In this document: positions 1 through 7,813 of the stretch, piece by piece
Layout of the letters: every line of letters begins with the position of its first letter
Numbering within the stretch: the stretch's first letter is position 1
Origin: a virus
Taxonomy: Duplodnaviria > Heunggongvirae > Uroviricota > Caudoviricetes
DNA length: 64,000 nucleotides
IMG/VR virus record: IMGVR_UViG_3300008120_000059
Span: 1-64,000 of that record
Direction: 5' to 3' (one strand)
Notes under the pieces: generated by a model
Told to the model about the DNA's origin: nothing
The model's database searches: none
Seen by the model: only the letters and a program-made list of their open reading frames with translations
Program-made: the position numbers and the translations under genes

Positions 1-170
1 GTAGTTGAAACACCCGAAGCAAAATATATTGCAACATGTGTTGGTTGTGGTAAGGTATCCAAAGCCCATCGTTTAAGAAGTAGGTCTTATTCATGTAGCA
101 ATTGTTCGGGTGGTAGTTACAACCCAAAGTACAAATTGGAGTTCAGACCAAACCCCATATTCACAGGGGG

Positions 171-240
171 GATTTAGTTTGGCGACAAAGTTGAAAAAAA
201 ATTTGGTATAAAAGAAAAATTGTTATATCTTTGTAATACA
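171..240 (+). promoter_or_regulatory. Promoter cassette copy 1: GATTTAGTTTGGC motif plus Bacteroidetes-type -33 TTTG (202-205) and -7 TATCTTTG (226-233)
   Basis: Near-identical copies of the ~70 nt unit at 928-995 and 1317-1380; 20 nt spacer between TTTG and TAnnTTTG; ATG of ORF at 257. Confidence 0.55.
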
Positions 241-256
241 ATTAAATTAAAAAAGT

Positions 257-847
257 ATGGGATACACAACCGATTTCGAAGGTGGATTTGAATTCAGTCG
301 TCCACTTACTAGTGATGAAAAGAATTACATCACCAAGTTCAACAACACTCGTAGAATGAAACGAAATGTTGAGAAACTCTATGAGTTATTTAAGGGTGAA
401 CACGGAAACCCTTTTCTACCAAAAGAAGAAACCTACGGAAACGATGGTGAATACTTTGTTGGTGGTAATGGGTTCGCAGGTCAAGACAAGGATGATAGTA
501 TTGTCGATTACAATACACCTCCAGGTCAACTAGATTTTCTAACAACTAACTACAACGAAAGGTGGACACAAAATGATTTGAGAACACGAGAGGGTAAATG
601 TCAACCTGGTTTATGGTGTCAGTGGACTACGGATGAAAATGGAACTCATCTAATATGGGATGGTGGTGAGAAGTTTTACAACTACGTTGAGTGGTTGAAA
701 TATATCATCAATCATTTCTTTGAGAAGTGGGGTGTGAAATTAAATGGTGAGGTTTATTGGAAAGGCGAGGATGGTGAGGACATGGGTAAGATTGTTGTAA
801 AGGACAACTGGGTCACAGTAAAATACGCGAGGATTACTTATGATTGA
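257..847 (+). CDS. hypothetical protein (196 aa)
   Basis: Long ORF directly behind promoter cassette 1, followed by a strong rho-independent terminator; no recognizable domain. Confidence 0.6.
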   Translation: MGYTTDFEGGFEFSRPLTSDEKNYITKFNNTRRMKRNVEKLYELFKGEHGNPFLPKEETYGNDGEYFVGGNGFAGQDKDDSIVDYNTPPGQLDFLTTNYNERWTQNDLRTREGKCQPGLWCQWTTDENGTHLIWDGGEKFYNYVEWLKYIINHFFEKWGVKLNGEVYWKGEDGEDMGKIVVKDNWVTVKYARITYD

Positions 848-861
848 TTGGTTTAAGGAGA

Positions 862-892
862 GAACCCCACAGAAATGTGGGGTTTTTTATTA
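862..892 (+). terminator. rho-independent terminator (AACCCCACA-gaaa-TGTGGGGTT + T-run)
   Basis: Perfect 9 bp GC-rich stem followed by TTTTTTAT, immediately 3' of ORF 257..847. Confidence 0.7.
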
Positions 893-927
893 AAAACCTC
901 GTACACATATATTATGGGATGGACATT

Positions 928-995
928 GATTTAGGTTGGCAACAAAGTTGAAAATAAATTTGGTATAAAAGAAAAATTGTTATATCTTTGTATTA
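928..995 (+). promoter_or_regulatory. Promoter cassette copy 2 (GATTTAGGTTGGC; -33 TTTG 959-962; -7 TATCTTTG 983-990)
   Basis: Sequence repeat of 171-240; precedes ATG at 1011. Confidence 0.55.
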
Positions 996-1010
996 CTAAA
1001 ACATTTTATT

Positions 1011-1322
1011 ATGTACAAGAAAAAAATTCAAGACCTACAAGAGGAAATAATCAAAAAAATTAAAAACAAATGTTCGACCATTATTGGTGAGAACCAACAA
1101 ATCACATTTAGAAATGTGTTTGGAGTTTGGGTTACCGAAGGTATGTACGAAGATGATGGTAGAGTTCAATACGCGGCGTATGGAATATTACCTGATGGTA
1201 CTGTGATGTCGGAAAGTTTTGGTGATAGTATAGAACTCTCGTTAGTTGAATTGGACATATATGAACTCGCACACATCATAGACATCCTTGAGTCGGATGA
1301 CTTTACCGTCGAGGACATTTAG
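1011..1322 (+). CDS. hypothetical protein (103 aa)
   Basis: ORF behind promoter cassette 2; stop codon TAG embedded in the next ATTTAGTTTGGC motif. Confidence 0.55.
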   Translation: MYKKKIQDLQEEIIKKIKNKCSTIIGENQQITFRNVFGVWVTEGMYEDDGRVQYAAYGILPDGTVMSESFGDSIELSLVELDIYELAHIIDILESDDFTVEDI

Positions 1323-1380
1323 TTTGGCAACAAAGTTGAAAATAAATTTGGTATAAAAGAAAAATTGTTATATCTTTGTA
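1317..1380 (+). promoter_or_regulatory. Promoter cassette copy 3 (ATTTAGTTTGGC; -33 TTTG 1347-1350; -7 TATCTTTG 1371-1378)
   Basis: Sequence repeat of 171-240. Confidence 0.55.
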
Positions 1381-1382
1381 TT

Positions 1383-1685
1383 ATGAAAAAAGAAAAAGTA
1401 ATCCACTCGGTATCATCTCACTTGAGAGATAAGTCATATGAGATGAGAATTATTCAAAATGAGAATAATGTCAAATTGAAAATGACCTACGAAGCGTACA
1501 ACGCACAAGAAAGGTTTACAGGTGAACAATTCATCAATGGTAAATGGGAACACACATTTGGAATGTTGGATTTGGGTGTTCTACCTGATAAGTCAATCTA
1601 CGTGTGTAGTGAAGGAAAAAGAGAAGATAAGGCCGAAAAGTTATTTGGTCTTGGTACAAAATTGTTTAACATCTTAAATCAATAA
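1383..1685 (+). CDS. hypothetical protein (about 100 aa; start uncertain)
   Basis: ORF track starts at TTG 1365, which lies inside the promoter -7 box. First ATG is 1383 (near-leaderless); alternative ATG at 1443. Confidence 0.45.
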   Translation: MKKEKVIHSVSSHLRDKSYEMRIIQNENNVKLKMTYEAYNAQERFTGEQFINGKWEHTFGMLDLGVLPDKSIYVCSEGKREDKAEKLFGLGTKLFNILNQ

Positions 1686-1689
1686 TACA

Positions 1690-2235
1690 ATGGGATTAGA
1701 CATGTATCTCAAGAAGAAAACCTATGTGAAAAATTGGTCACATATGGAACCCGAACAACTTCACAAGGTGACAGTTAAGAAGGGTGGGAAAGTAGTTAAG
1801 GAAATTCAACCCGACAGAATTTCATCCATCGAGGAACAGGTGGCGTATTGGAGAAAGGACAACCACATCCACGCATGGTTTGTAAACAATGTACAGGACG
1901 GTGAGGACGATTGTGGTGAGTATTATGTAGACCGCGAAAAACTCAAAGAGTTGGTGGATACCTGTGGGAAAGTTAGAGCAACCCTGAAAAATTCTCCGAC
2001 GAAGAAGGTTCAGGTGAAAGTTGGTTGGCAAGGTGGTAAGGAATTGTATGAGGACATCGATGTCTACACCGACACCGAACTTGCGGAAGAACTACTACCA
2101 ACCCAAGCAGGTTTCTTTTTCGGGGGAACTGAATATGATGAGTGGTATCTAAAAGGTTTAGAAGATACCATCAAACAAATCACTCCCTTATTAGAGGAAA
2201 AGGAAGGAGATTTCTACTACCAATCATCCTGGTAA
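1690..2235 (+). CDS. hypothetical protein (181 aa)
   Basis: ORF 5 nt after the previous stop; followed by a hairpin (AAGAGGAT...ATCCTCTT) at 2245-2278. Confidence 0.6.
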   Translation: MGLDMYLKKKTYVKNWSHMEPEQLHKVTVKKGGKVVKEIQPDRISSIEEQVAYWRKDNHIHAWFVNNVQDGEDDCGEYYVDREKLKELVDTCGKVRATLKNSPTKKVQVKVGWQGGKELYEDIDVYTDTELAEELLPTQAGFFFGGTEYDEWYLKGLEDTIKQITPLLEEKEGDFYYQSSW

Positions 2236-2244
2236 AAAAATAAA

Positions 2245-2280
2245 AAGAGGATATCGTTTGGTAAAATGGTATCCTCTTTA
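2245..2280 (+). terminator. putative hairpin terminator
   Basis: 8 bp inverted repeat AAGAGGAT/ATCCTCTT with 18 nt loop; weak T-tract. Confidence 0.35.
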
Positions 2281-2318
2281 TACCTTTGTATTAATGAACA
2301 GCTTAAAATAGATAGATT

Positions 2319-2450
2319 ATGCCGAACTGGTGTCAAAACTCAATAACAATAACAGGTACTGAAGAGCAGATTGGTTTGCTCACTCGTATCCTTAATGATG
2401 TTCCAAAGTCCGAACCTGAAAAGTGTATCGTGTTTGAGTATTACACAAGA
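2319..2450 (+). CDS. N-terminal segment of a probably frameshifted gene (continues in the 2450..2743 frame)
   Basis: TAcCTTTG -7-like box at 2281-2288 upstream. First ~44 codons look protein-like, then become low-complexity while the overlapping frame 2450..2743 becomes protein-like. Confidence 0.3.
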
Positions 2451-2743
2451 TGTATGGTGTGGATGTGGAGTTGTTCTACTCGGAGGGTGGAAGTGATTTC
2501 TGTGGCAAAACAACCATTAATCAAAACGGAGTGGTTGAGGATGATTATGGTTATCTCGAAGGTAACTATCGTTTTGACGAAGAATACTTTTGGGAATCCC
2601 TTTTCCAAAATGAGATGGAATATGCAATCGATAACGAAACTAGTGTTGATGACTTCGTTGCACAATTCCCTTATGTGGATACGGAAGACGCAAAAGAAAT
2701 CCGTAGAATATACGAAGAAGAACTAAAGGAAAAAGTAAAATAA
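2450..2743 (+). CDS. hypothetical acidic protein (97 aa; possibly C-terminal part of the 2319 gene)
   Basis: Acidic, well-composed ORF overlapping the 3' part of ORF 2319..2726 in another frame. Confidence 0.45.
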   Translation: MYGVDVELFYSEGGSDFCGKTTINQNGVVEDDYGYLEGNYRFDEEYFWESLFQNEMEYAIDNETSVDDFVAQFPYVDTEDAKEIRRIYEEELKEKVK

Positions 2744-2749
2744 ATTCAT

Positions 2750-3010
2750 ATGGAAGATTTGAAAATATTATCGACAGCAGAACCTCAAGAAGAATTAACC
2801 TACCAAGAATGGGTAGACGCATTGAGAACTCAAGAGAATGTCATTGTTTCATCCAAATACCACGCAAGAACCATCGAGCAACGGATTAAAGTTGATGAAG
2901 CAATTCAAATGAAAAGAGAAATGGAAAACTCTGAAGTAAAATTTTCCGACGGGACAGCCGAACCCCGAATTTTGTTTGGCATGTTAAAATCTGTATTAAA
3001 CTTCTTTTAA
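2750..3010 (+). CDS. hypothetical protein (86 aa)
   Basis: ORF in tight plus-strand array. Confidence 0.5.
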   Translation: MEDLKILSTAEPQEELTYQEWVDALRTQENVIVSSKYHARTIEQRIKVDEAIQMKREMENSEVKFSDGTAEPRILFGMLKSVLNFF

Positions 3011-3015
3011 AGATT

Positions 3016-3495
3016 ATGGGACGAGTAAATAAAACAATCGAGGGTGTCTTCATTGACATCGTAGGGTCAAAGAGTGAACTGAGTTCATATGACCAATTCA
3101 TCAACCACGGTGATGGTAAGAAATATTCTAAGGAGCTTAAAGAGCTCACTGGTTTATATAAGAACTTAATCACTGAGAGTAAATTAACATTCGAAAAACT
3201 AGCATCACTCGAGGAGATTATAATCCAAATGAGAATTCGTGAGGACCTCAGTGATATCAAGTTGACTCAAGTTCGTGAGTACATCTACGCAAGGACTCCT
3301 TTCTACCGTAAGGATAAGAAGTCAAAAGATGTCCGTGTTATTGTCGACAAGATTGAGTTTCACCCTGAGGAGGATTTGGAGATTTTGTCTGGCGACAAGG
3401 AGTTCATGACCAAAGCCAAGATGAAGTTAGCTCAGGCTATGGACCTCGAGATTGAGGAAAACATCCGAGTATTCAAATCAACATTTAAAAAGTAG
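3016..3495 (+). CDS. hypothetical protein (159 aa)
   Basis: ORF in tight plus-strand array. Confidence 0.55.
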   Translation: MGRVNKTIEGVFIDIVGSKSELSSYDQFINHGDGKKYSKELKELTGLYKNLITESKLTFEKLASLEEIIIQMRIREDLSDIKLTQVREYIYARTPFYRKDKKSKDVRVIVDKIEFHPEEDLEILSGDKEFMTKAKMKLAQAMDLEIEENIRVFKSTFKK

Positions 3496-3499
3496 AGGT

Positions 3500-3799
3500 A
3501 TGAAAACAGAAACAATTTCAACAGGTATTGGACTCTCAATTTACAAAGGTGATTGGGATGGAGCACAGTGGACACTTACTGGTTTCCCTAAAAAAGAAGC
3601 AATTGGTCACGACTACGACTCTGCCTATGACTTCGAGGACTGTGTCAAGAGAAACATCAATTGTAGTGGAATCGATTTTGACAGTGAGTATTGTCAGTTC
3701 TACGCATACGCAAAGACCAAAGCTCGTTTGGTGAGTTTTGCAAACCAAATCAAGAAACACTTTGAGAAAGCAAAGCAACTGAAGGAGGAGATGTACTGA
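3500..3799 (+). CDS. hypothetical protein (99 aa; start moved to ATG 3500)
   Basis: Track ORF 3452..3799 overlaps the upstream gene; internal ATG at 3500 lies 5 nt after the upstream stop. Confidence 0.5.
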   Translation: MKTETISTGIGLSIYKGDWDGAQWTLTGFPKKEAIGHDYDSAYDFEDCVKRNINCSGIDFDSEYCQFYAYAKTKARLVSFANQIKKHFEKAKQLKEEMY

Positions 3800-3942
3800 A
3801 TTTAGATTGGCAAAAATATTCTAGAAAAATTTGGAATATTCTAGTAAATGTATTAATTTTGAATATAGAACATTAAAAATCAATAGGTGTATGACAAACA
3901 AAATCAAATTAGGAACTGAGGTCGTGGGGTATCCGAAGTTCA

Positions 3943-4386
3943 ATGATACTTGTCATACACGAGGACCATAAAGACGACAAACTGGTTTGGAAAGATTATC
4001 CTGCAACCATCGGTGTCGACTCAGGTCAGTGTGGAATCTTCTCCAAAGAATCTTACCGTGACGACTCTATTACAGAACGAATCGGTTTGGGAGATGGTGA
4101 CATTTCATTCTTTGGTGTAACACCTTGGAAAGAAATGACCGAGGCCCGTGAGGAAGAACAAGGTGAAAAATGGTACATCAGTATGTGTTCTCGTACCTTG
4201 GGTGATAGTCGATACGGTGTGTATGACGAGGGAGTAGTTTCTTCATCTGGTTTTGGTGATGGTTCTTACACATTATATGTTGCAAAGAAAAGAGGAAAGA
4301 TTATTGCAATGTGTGTTGACTTCGCGGTGGAGGAAGACGAAGTAATTGATTTTGAATTTTTTCGTGATATCCATATTGAGAAGTAA
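3943..4386 (+). CDS. hypothetical protein (147 aa)
   Basis: ORF; start region is embedded in the 3' arm of an 11 bp inverted repeat (GTGTATGACAA / TTGTCATACAC). Confidence 0.5.
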   Translation: MILVIHEDHKDDKLVWKDYPATIGVDSGQCGIFSKESYRDDSITERIGLGDGDISFFGVTPWKEMTEAREEEQGEKWYISMCSRTLGDSRYGVYDEGVVSSSGFGDGSYTLYVAKKRGKIIAMCVDFAVEEDEVIDFEFFRDIHIEK

Positions 4387-4410
4387 TAAATTTTATTTAG
4401 ATTTGGAGTT

Positions 4411-4701
4411 ATGAAAAAAATATTATTTATATCAGCACTTGGATTAGTTGGTTGTGGAACCAATCGAACATATATCCAACACGGGGACAAGGCATTAGTA
4501 AGTGGACACAAAGTTTACTTTATCGATTGCAACATAACCCGAGAAGTAATTAAACCCCAATGGGATAAAGGTTCATATGGTGATACCATGAAGGTATACT
4601 TAGTGGATACACTGACATTTATGAATATGTGTAGAAAAGCATCACCATGTGGATGTTCACCAGCAGGAACAACCGCAAATAAAACTGTAACAAAAACTTA
4701 G
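4411..4701 (+). CDS. putative lipoprotein (96 aa)
   Basis: N-terminus MKKILFISALGLVGC: hydrophobic signal then Cys (lipobox-like). Confidence 0.5.
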   Translation: MKKILFISALGLVGCGTNRTYIQHGDKALVSGHKVYFIDCNITREVIKPQWDKGSYGDTMKVYLVDTLTFMNMCRKASPCGCSPAGTTANKTVTKT

Positions 4702-4705
4702 TATT

Positions 4706-5167
4706 ATGTTCAATACACAGAAACCTCAAGAACCGATTCACATATTCACCCCATCTCAGTGGTTGAATATTGGTTGGCTGGCCATGGTACCAGCAACTTA
4801 CTTCGTACACCCATATGCATGTGCATTGGCGGTAGTCATCTATATCTACAAATATTTCGAAGTAGATTGTTGGAGGTATGAATTCTATGATGACTGTGTA
4901 ATTGAACGAAAAGGGGTCTTCAGTGTGACTCGAGAATCTGTGAACTATTTCAGGATTAAATCTGTAATGGTCGACGAACCATTTTGGATGAGATTACTTG
5001 GACTGTCTGTTGTTCGAGTTATTACTTCAGAGCAATTTAAACAGCAACTAATATTTCAAGCCGTACCACACGGTGAAGGTATTCAAGCGTTTTTACAGCA
5101 CAACGCAAGAGTGGAGAGACAAAATATGGGAATTAGGGATTTTGATGTATTCAATACTCACCTGTAG
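4706..5167 (+). CDS. membrane protein with bacterial PH-like (YdbS/YdbT-type) domain (153 aa)
   Basis: Two N-terminal hydrophobic helices followed by a segment resembling bacterial PH domains. Confidence 0.4.
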   Translation: MFNTQKPQEPIHIFTPSQWLNIGWLAMVPATYFVHPYACALAVVIYIYKYFEVDCWRYEFYDDCVIERKGVFSVTRESVNYFRIKSVMVDEPFWMRLLGLSVVRVITSEQFKQQLIFQAVPHGEGIQAFLQHNARVERQNMGIRDFDVFNTHL

Positions 5168-5181
5168 CAATATTTAAAGTC

Positions 5182-5529
5182 ATGATAGTAGTAGAACCAC
5201 GGATTCAGGAACAGTTCATGAGCAGGGACAAGGTATACTTCACGGACCCTACCACAGGTGAAATAATAGAAGACACCATTACCGACGTTAATGACAACGT
5301 AGTGATGGGAAAGAAATTCAACTTGACTGATTTATATTGGAAGGGTGAGTTAAACGTATATAGGTTAGAGTGTCACATATGTGGATTCAGTATACCAGCA
5401 CCTCTATCGCAATTTCAGGTAGATGGAATAAAAGGTAAGCAGCAATTATTACCATCCACATGTGGTGTATGTTTAGAAGAGTCACGGTACCCTGATAACC
5501 CTGAGGAGGGAATCATACTGTGGATTTAG
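5182..5529 (+). CDS. hypothetical protein with CxxC...CxxC cluster (115 aa)
   Basis: ORF; Cys pairs CHIC ... CGVC suggest a zinc ribbon; stop TAG embedded in ATTTAGTTTGGC motif. Confidence 0.5.
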   Translation: MIVVEPRIQEQFMSRDKVYFTDPTTGEIIEDTITDVNDNVVMGKKFNLTDLYWKGELNVYRLECHICGFSIPAPLSQFQVDGIKGKQQLLPSTCGVCLEESRYPDNPEEGIILWI

Positions 5530-5618
5530 TTTGGCATTAGTTCTTTGAAAGATTTTTTTATAGGATTTGGTTTTTAGGATTTTCTTGTGTATATTTTATA
5601 TATCAAAATCAATATATT

Positions 5619-5888
5619 ATGGCAACAAAGAAGTCCACAACTAAAAAACCCGCCAGCAAACCAGCGGCGAAACCAGCTCCAGCCCCCAAAAAGGGTGGGA
5701 AGAAAGCAGTAGCAGCTCCGGCTATGAAAACAACCGTAAGTACTTACGTACCTGTTTCACACCACATCTACTATGATGGTTTCTCTTACCGTGTACGTGC
5801 TAGCGTTAACGGAACCCGTTACTCTCAGAACTTCTCCTCCAAGAAGAAAGCTTTCGAGTTCCGTAAGAGTATCTTGAGTAATATGTAA
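5619..5888 (+). CDS. Lys/Ala-rich DNA-binding protein with AP2-like (integrase Arm-type) DNA-binding fold
   Basis: N-terminal KKPASKPAAKPAPAPKKGGKK histone-H1-like tail. C-terminal YRVRASVNGTRYSQNFSSKKKAFEFRK resembles the AP2 / P4-integrase N-terminal DNA-binding motif. Promoter-like TTTG/TATATTTT upstream. Confidence 0.5.
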   Translation: MATKKSTTKKPASKPAAKPAPAPKKGGKKAVAAPAMKTTVSTYVPVSHHIYYDGFSYRVRASVNGTRYSQNFSSKKKAFEFRKSILSNM

Positions 5889-5913
5889 TAGACGACTCAA
5901 GTCTCTTAACCAA

Positions 5914-5950
5914 ATCCTGTGATTAACGTCACGGGATTTTTTTTTTAATG
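5914..5950 (+). terminator. rho-independent terminator (ATCCTGTGA..TCACGGGAT + T10)
   Basis: 9 bp stem with one G-U pair, followed by ten T residues 3' of ORF 5619..5888. Confidence 0.65.
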
Positions 5951-6165
5951 AGAATCCTGACGACGGGACCTGAGATGGTCAATTTAGTTTGGCGGAAAGG
6001 TTGTTTAGACAATTGATGTTGTAACAATAAATCCACCGATTTAGTTTGGCGGAATCAGAATCCTCAGAATCGTCCGACGGTACCGATTTTGTTTGGCACA
6101 AACTAACTAACACTTGTTAGTTCAGGGACCTGAGGAGGTCGATTTAGTTTGGCGGGGGAATGGTA
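5950..6165. repeat. iteron-like cluster: four copies of GATTTAGTTTGGCGG (5981, 6037, 6082 variant, 6148) plus longer repeats GGGACCTGAGRWGGTCRATTTAGTTTGGCGG and a palindrome AACTAACACTTGTTAGTT
   Basis: Direct repeats at about 45-65 nt spacing seen in sequence. Same core motif also at 171, 928, 1317, 3799 and 5524. Confidence 0.6.
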
Positions 6166-6978
6166 TTTATATGTAAAGTAAATGAGATGATTAAACTAAC
6201 AGAAACTTTAGAAGGTGATGATGTCCAAAAGTTTCACGACGCTTTACCACAAATAGGTGACTCACTTAAAGGACTGACCGATGGGACCATTACAATAAAA
6301 TATGTTGTAGCTGAAGACCCAACCCAAGGAACAATAGATGGTGTCCCTTTTATAAGTGAATGTCTATTGAAACTATTTGTTGATGTTAACAGGGTTTATC
6401 CTGAGATGATTAATGACATCTACATTTTGGTTGGCAGAAAAATTCAAGAGATTGGGTTCGGTGAATTTCCGTTCAAGTTAAGTATAAGGTCACTTCACCT
6501 TATTAACGGACCTTTAATTATTGATTTATTAGAAGAATCGTTTGACAGAAATTATACCAATCACCTCAGGTATGATAATCCAACAATACAGTACATTTTG
6601 TCTGGCCAATATTCCCTTGTATTACCTCAAGATGTATTACCTAAGTTTTTTGACCAAATGGATGAGTGGATAAAAATTTTAATAAAGAGAGCGACGGTGT
6701 ATTACACCGTATATAAAAAAGGAAAGATAGATGACCATGAGTATGAACTCGTAGACAACCCAGTTATTAGAGTTGTGGTACGCGGGAAAAAAGATATAAA
6801 AAATGAAAAAGATTTAATTCCGTTCATTGATTCAAAATTTAAAACCATAGATGGTATCGAAAAAGGTAGTCCCGATTTCCCCTATAACTTACAAGATAAT
6901 ATTATTGATAAGTTAGAAAAAAAGTTCAGGGAGAAACACAACGTAAGAATTTTTATTGACGACACGAGACGTGTATGA
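6160..6978 (+). CDS. hypothetical protein (272 aa; probable start at ATG 6187)
   Basis: Long ORF followed by terminator hairpin 6999-7030. Confidence 0.55.
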   Translation: MVFICKVNEMIKLTETLEGDDVQKFHDALPQIGDSLKGLTDGTITIKYVVAEDPTQGTIDGVPFISECLLKLFVDVNRVYPEMINDIYILVGRKIQEIGFGEFPFKLSIRSLHLINGPLIIDLLEESFDRNYTNHLRYDNPTIQYILSGQYSLVLPQDVLPKFFDQMDEWIKILIKRATVYYTVYKKGKIDDHEYELVDNPVIRVVVRGKKDIKNEKDLIPFIDSKFKTIDGIEKGSPDFPYNLQDNIIDKLEKKFREKHNVRIFIDDTRRV

Positions 6979-6998
6979 CATATATACGTATATACATT

Positions 6999-7030
6999 AA
7001 CCCCCTTGTATGACACTTGGGGGTTTTTTA
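6999..7030 (+). terminator. rho-independent terminator (CCCCC-ttgtatgacactt-GGGGG + TTTTTTAT)
   Basis: GC stem plus T-tract; loop contains the GTATGACA motif. Confidence 0.65.
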
Positions 7031-7229
7031 TTTACATCTGTTTTTCTGAAAATATAAAAATATAACTCTTATTTCGAACAAGGGTCAATCCCCTACTATG
7101 TCCCACAATTTCCCACTTTAATCCACTTTTATGGATTGTAATACGACCAGCGGGATTTCTTGTCATACATTCGTATATATCTGAGAAAAATTCCTTACGA
7201 CAAAAAATGTCTGGATTACAGGGTTAAAA

Positions 7230-7439
7230 TCAAGGGTTTTTTAACTCTTTCTGTATTACATTAGGGGTATCGTGGGTCAAAATCCTATCACTACTGTACA
7301 TCCAAACAGAGGGTAAACCACTATAATGACATACCTGTTTTTCTCTCTCTTCAACCAGTTTCTTCTTAACCGATTCGTCAAAATAAACCCCATCAGATTC
7401 CATATCCGAGAGTGGTCTGTACAGTATAAATTTTTTCAT
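7230..7439 (-). CDS. hypothetical protein (69 aa)
   Basis: ORF at the convergence zone; weak. Confidence 0.3.
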   Translation of the reverse strand: MKKFILYRPLSDMESDGVYFDESVKKKLVEEREKQVCHYSGLPSVWMYSSDRILTHDTPNVIQKELKNP

Positions 7440-7561
7440 ATAGATGTAACAACTATGGTTTCAAATTGTTTAAACCGATGTGGGTCTACCGCAGTAAACC
7501 ATACTTTCTACCTTCTGTTTTTTTAACCACCAAAGGTGGTTCATTAACTTTTTAATATACT

Positions 7562-7813
7562 TCATTTGTTATCCCTTATTATTCTTGTGATGATGTTTAT
7601 GAAACCATTTAGGTTAGACATATTATTAATAACCAAATCCAATTCCCATACATGAACATTCCAGTGTTCATCTTTAACCATGTCACTATCATCTGAAGTT
7701 AGATTAACATTATCTATATCCAAATTATAATAGTACCATGGTTCTGTTTGTCCTTCAAGATTCCCTTCAACCTTTTCAAAACCCAAATCAATTAAATTCT
7801 GTTCTGTAATCAT
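7562..7813 (-). CDS. hypothetical protein (83 aa)
   Basis: First member of a run of minus-strand ORFs with overlapping stop/start codons (7562-9703). Confidence 0.5.
   Translation of the reverse strand: MITEQNLIDLGFEKVEGNLEGQTEPWYYYNLDIDNVNLTSDDSDMVKDEHWNVHVWELDLVINNMSNLNGFINIITRIIRDNK

Noticed and set aside
1365-1382. TTG start at 1365 for ORF 1365..1685
   Set aside because: The first six codons coincide exactly with the conserved promoter cassette (-7 box TATCTTTG at 1371-1378). Translation start is more plausibly the ATG at 1383 or 1443.
1822-2031. Antisense or embedded ORFs fully inside longer protein-like ORFs (e.g. 1822..2031-, 2441..2665-, 2886..3260-, 3536..3778-, 11158..11340-, 12658..13167+, 14540..14987, 16464..16727+, 23488..23691+, 33551..34083, 39219..40035+, 41426..41677+, 43069..43769, 50250..50477+, 53137..53856-, 56087..56272-, 59767..60084-, 62779..62991+)
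   Set aside because: They overlap confidently assigned genes on the opposite strand or in another frame, are rich in Leu/Phe/Ile/stop-avoiding codons typical of AT-rich antisense frames, and lack start-context signals. Treated as spurious.
5619-5888. Integrase / prophage boundary suggested by the AP2-like arm-binding motif
   Set aside because: Only the small N-terminal-type DNA-binding motif is present. No tyrosine-recombinase catalytic domain (R..HxxR..Y) follows, and no attachment-site-like tRNA is adjacent.
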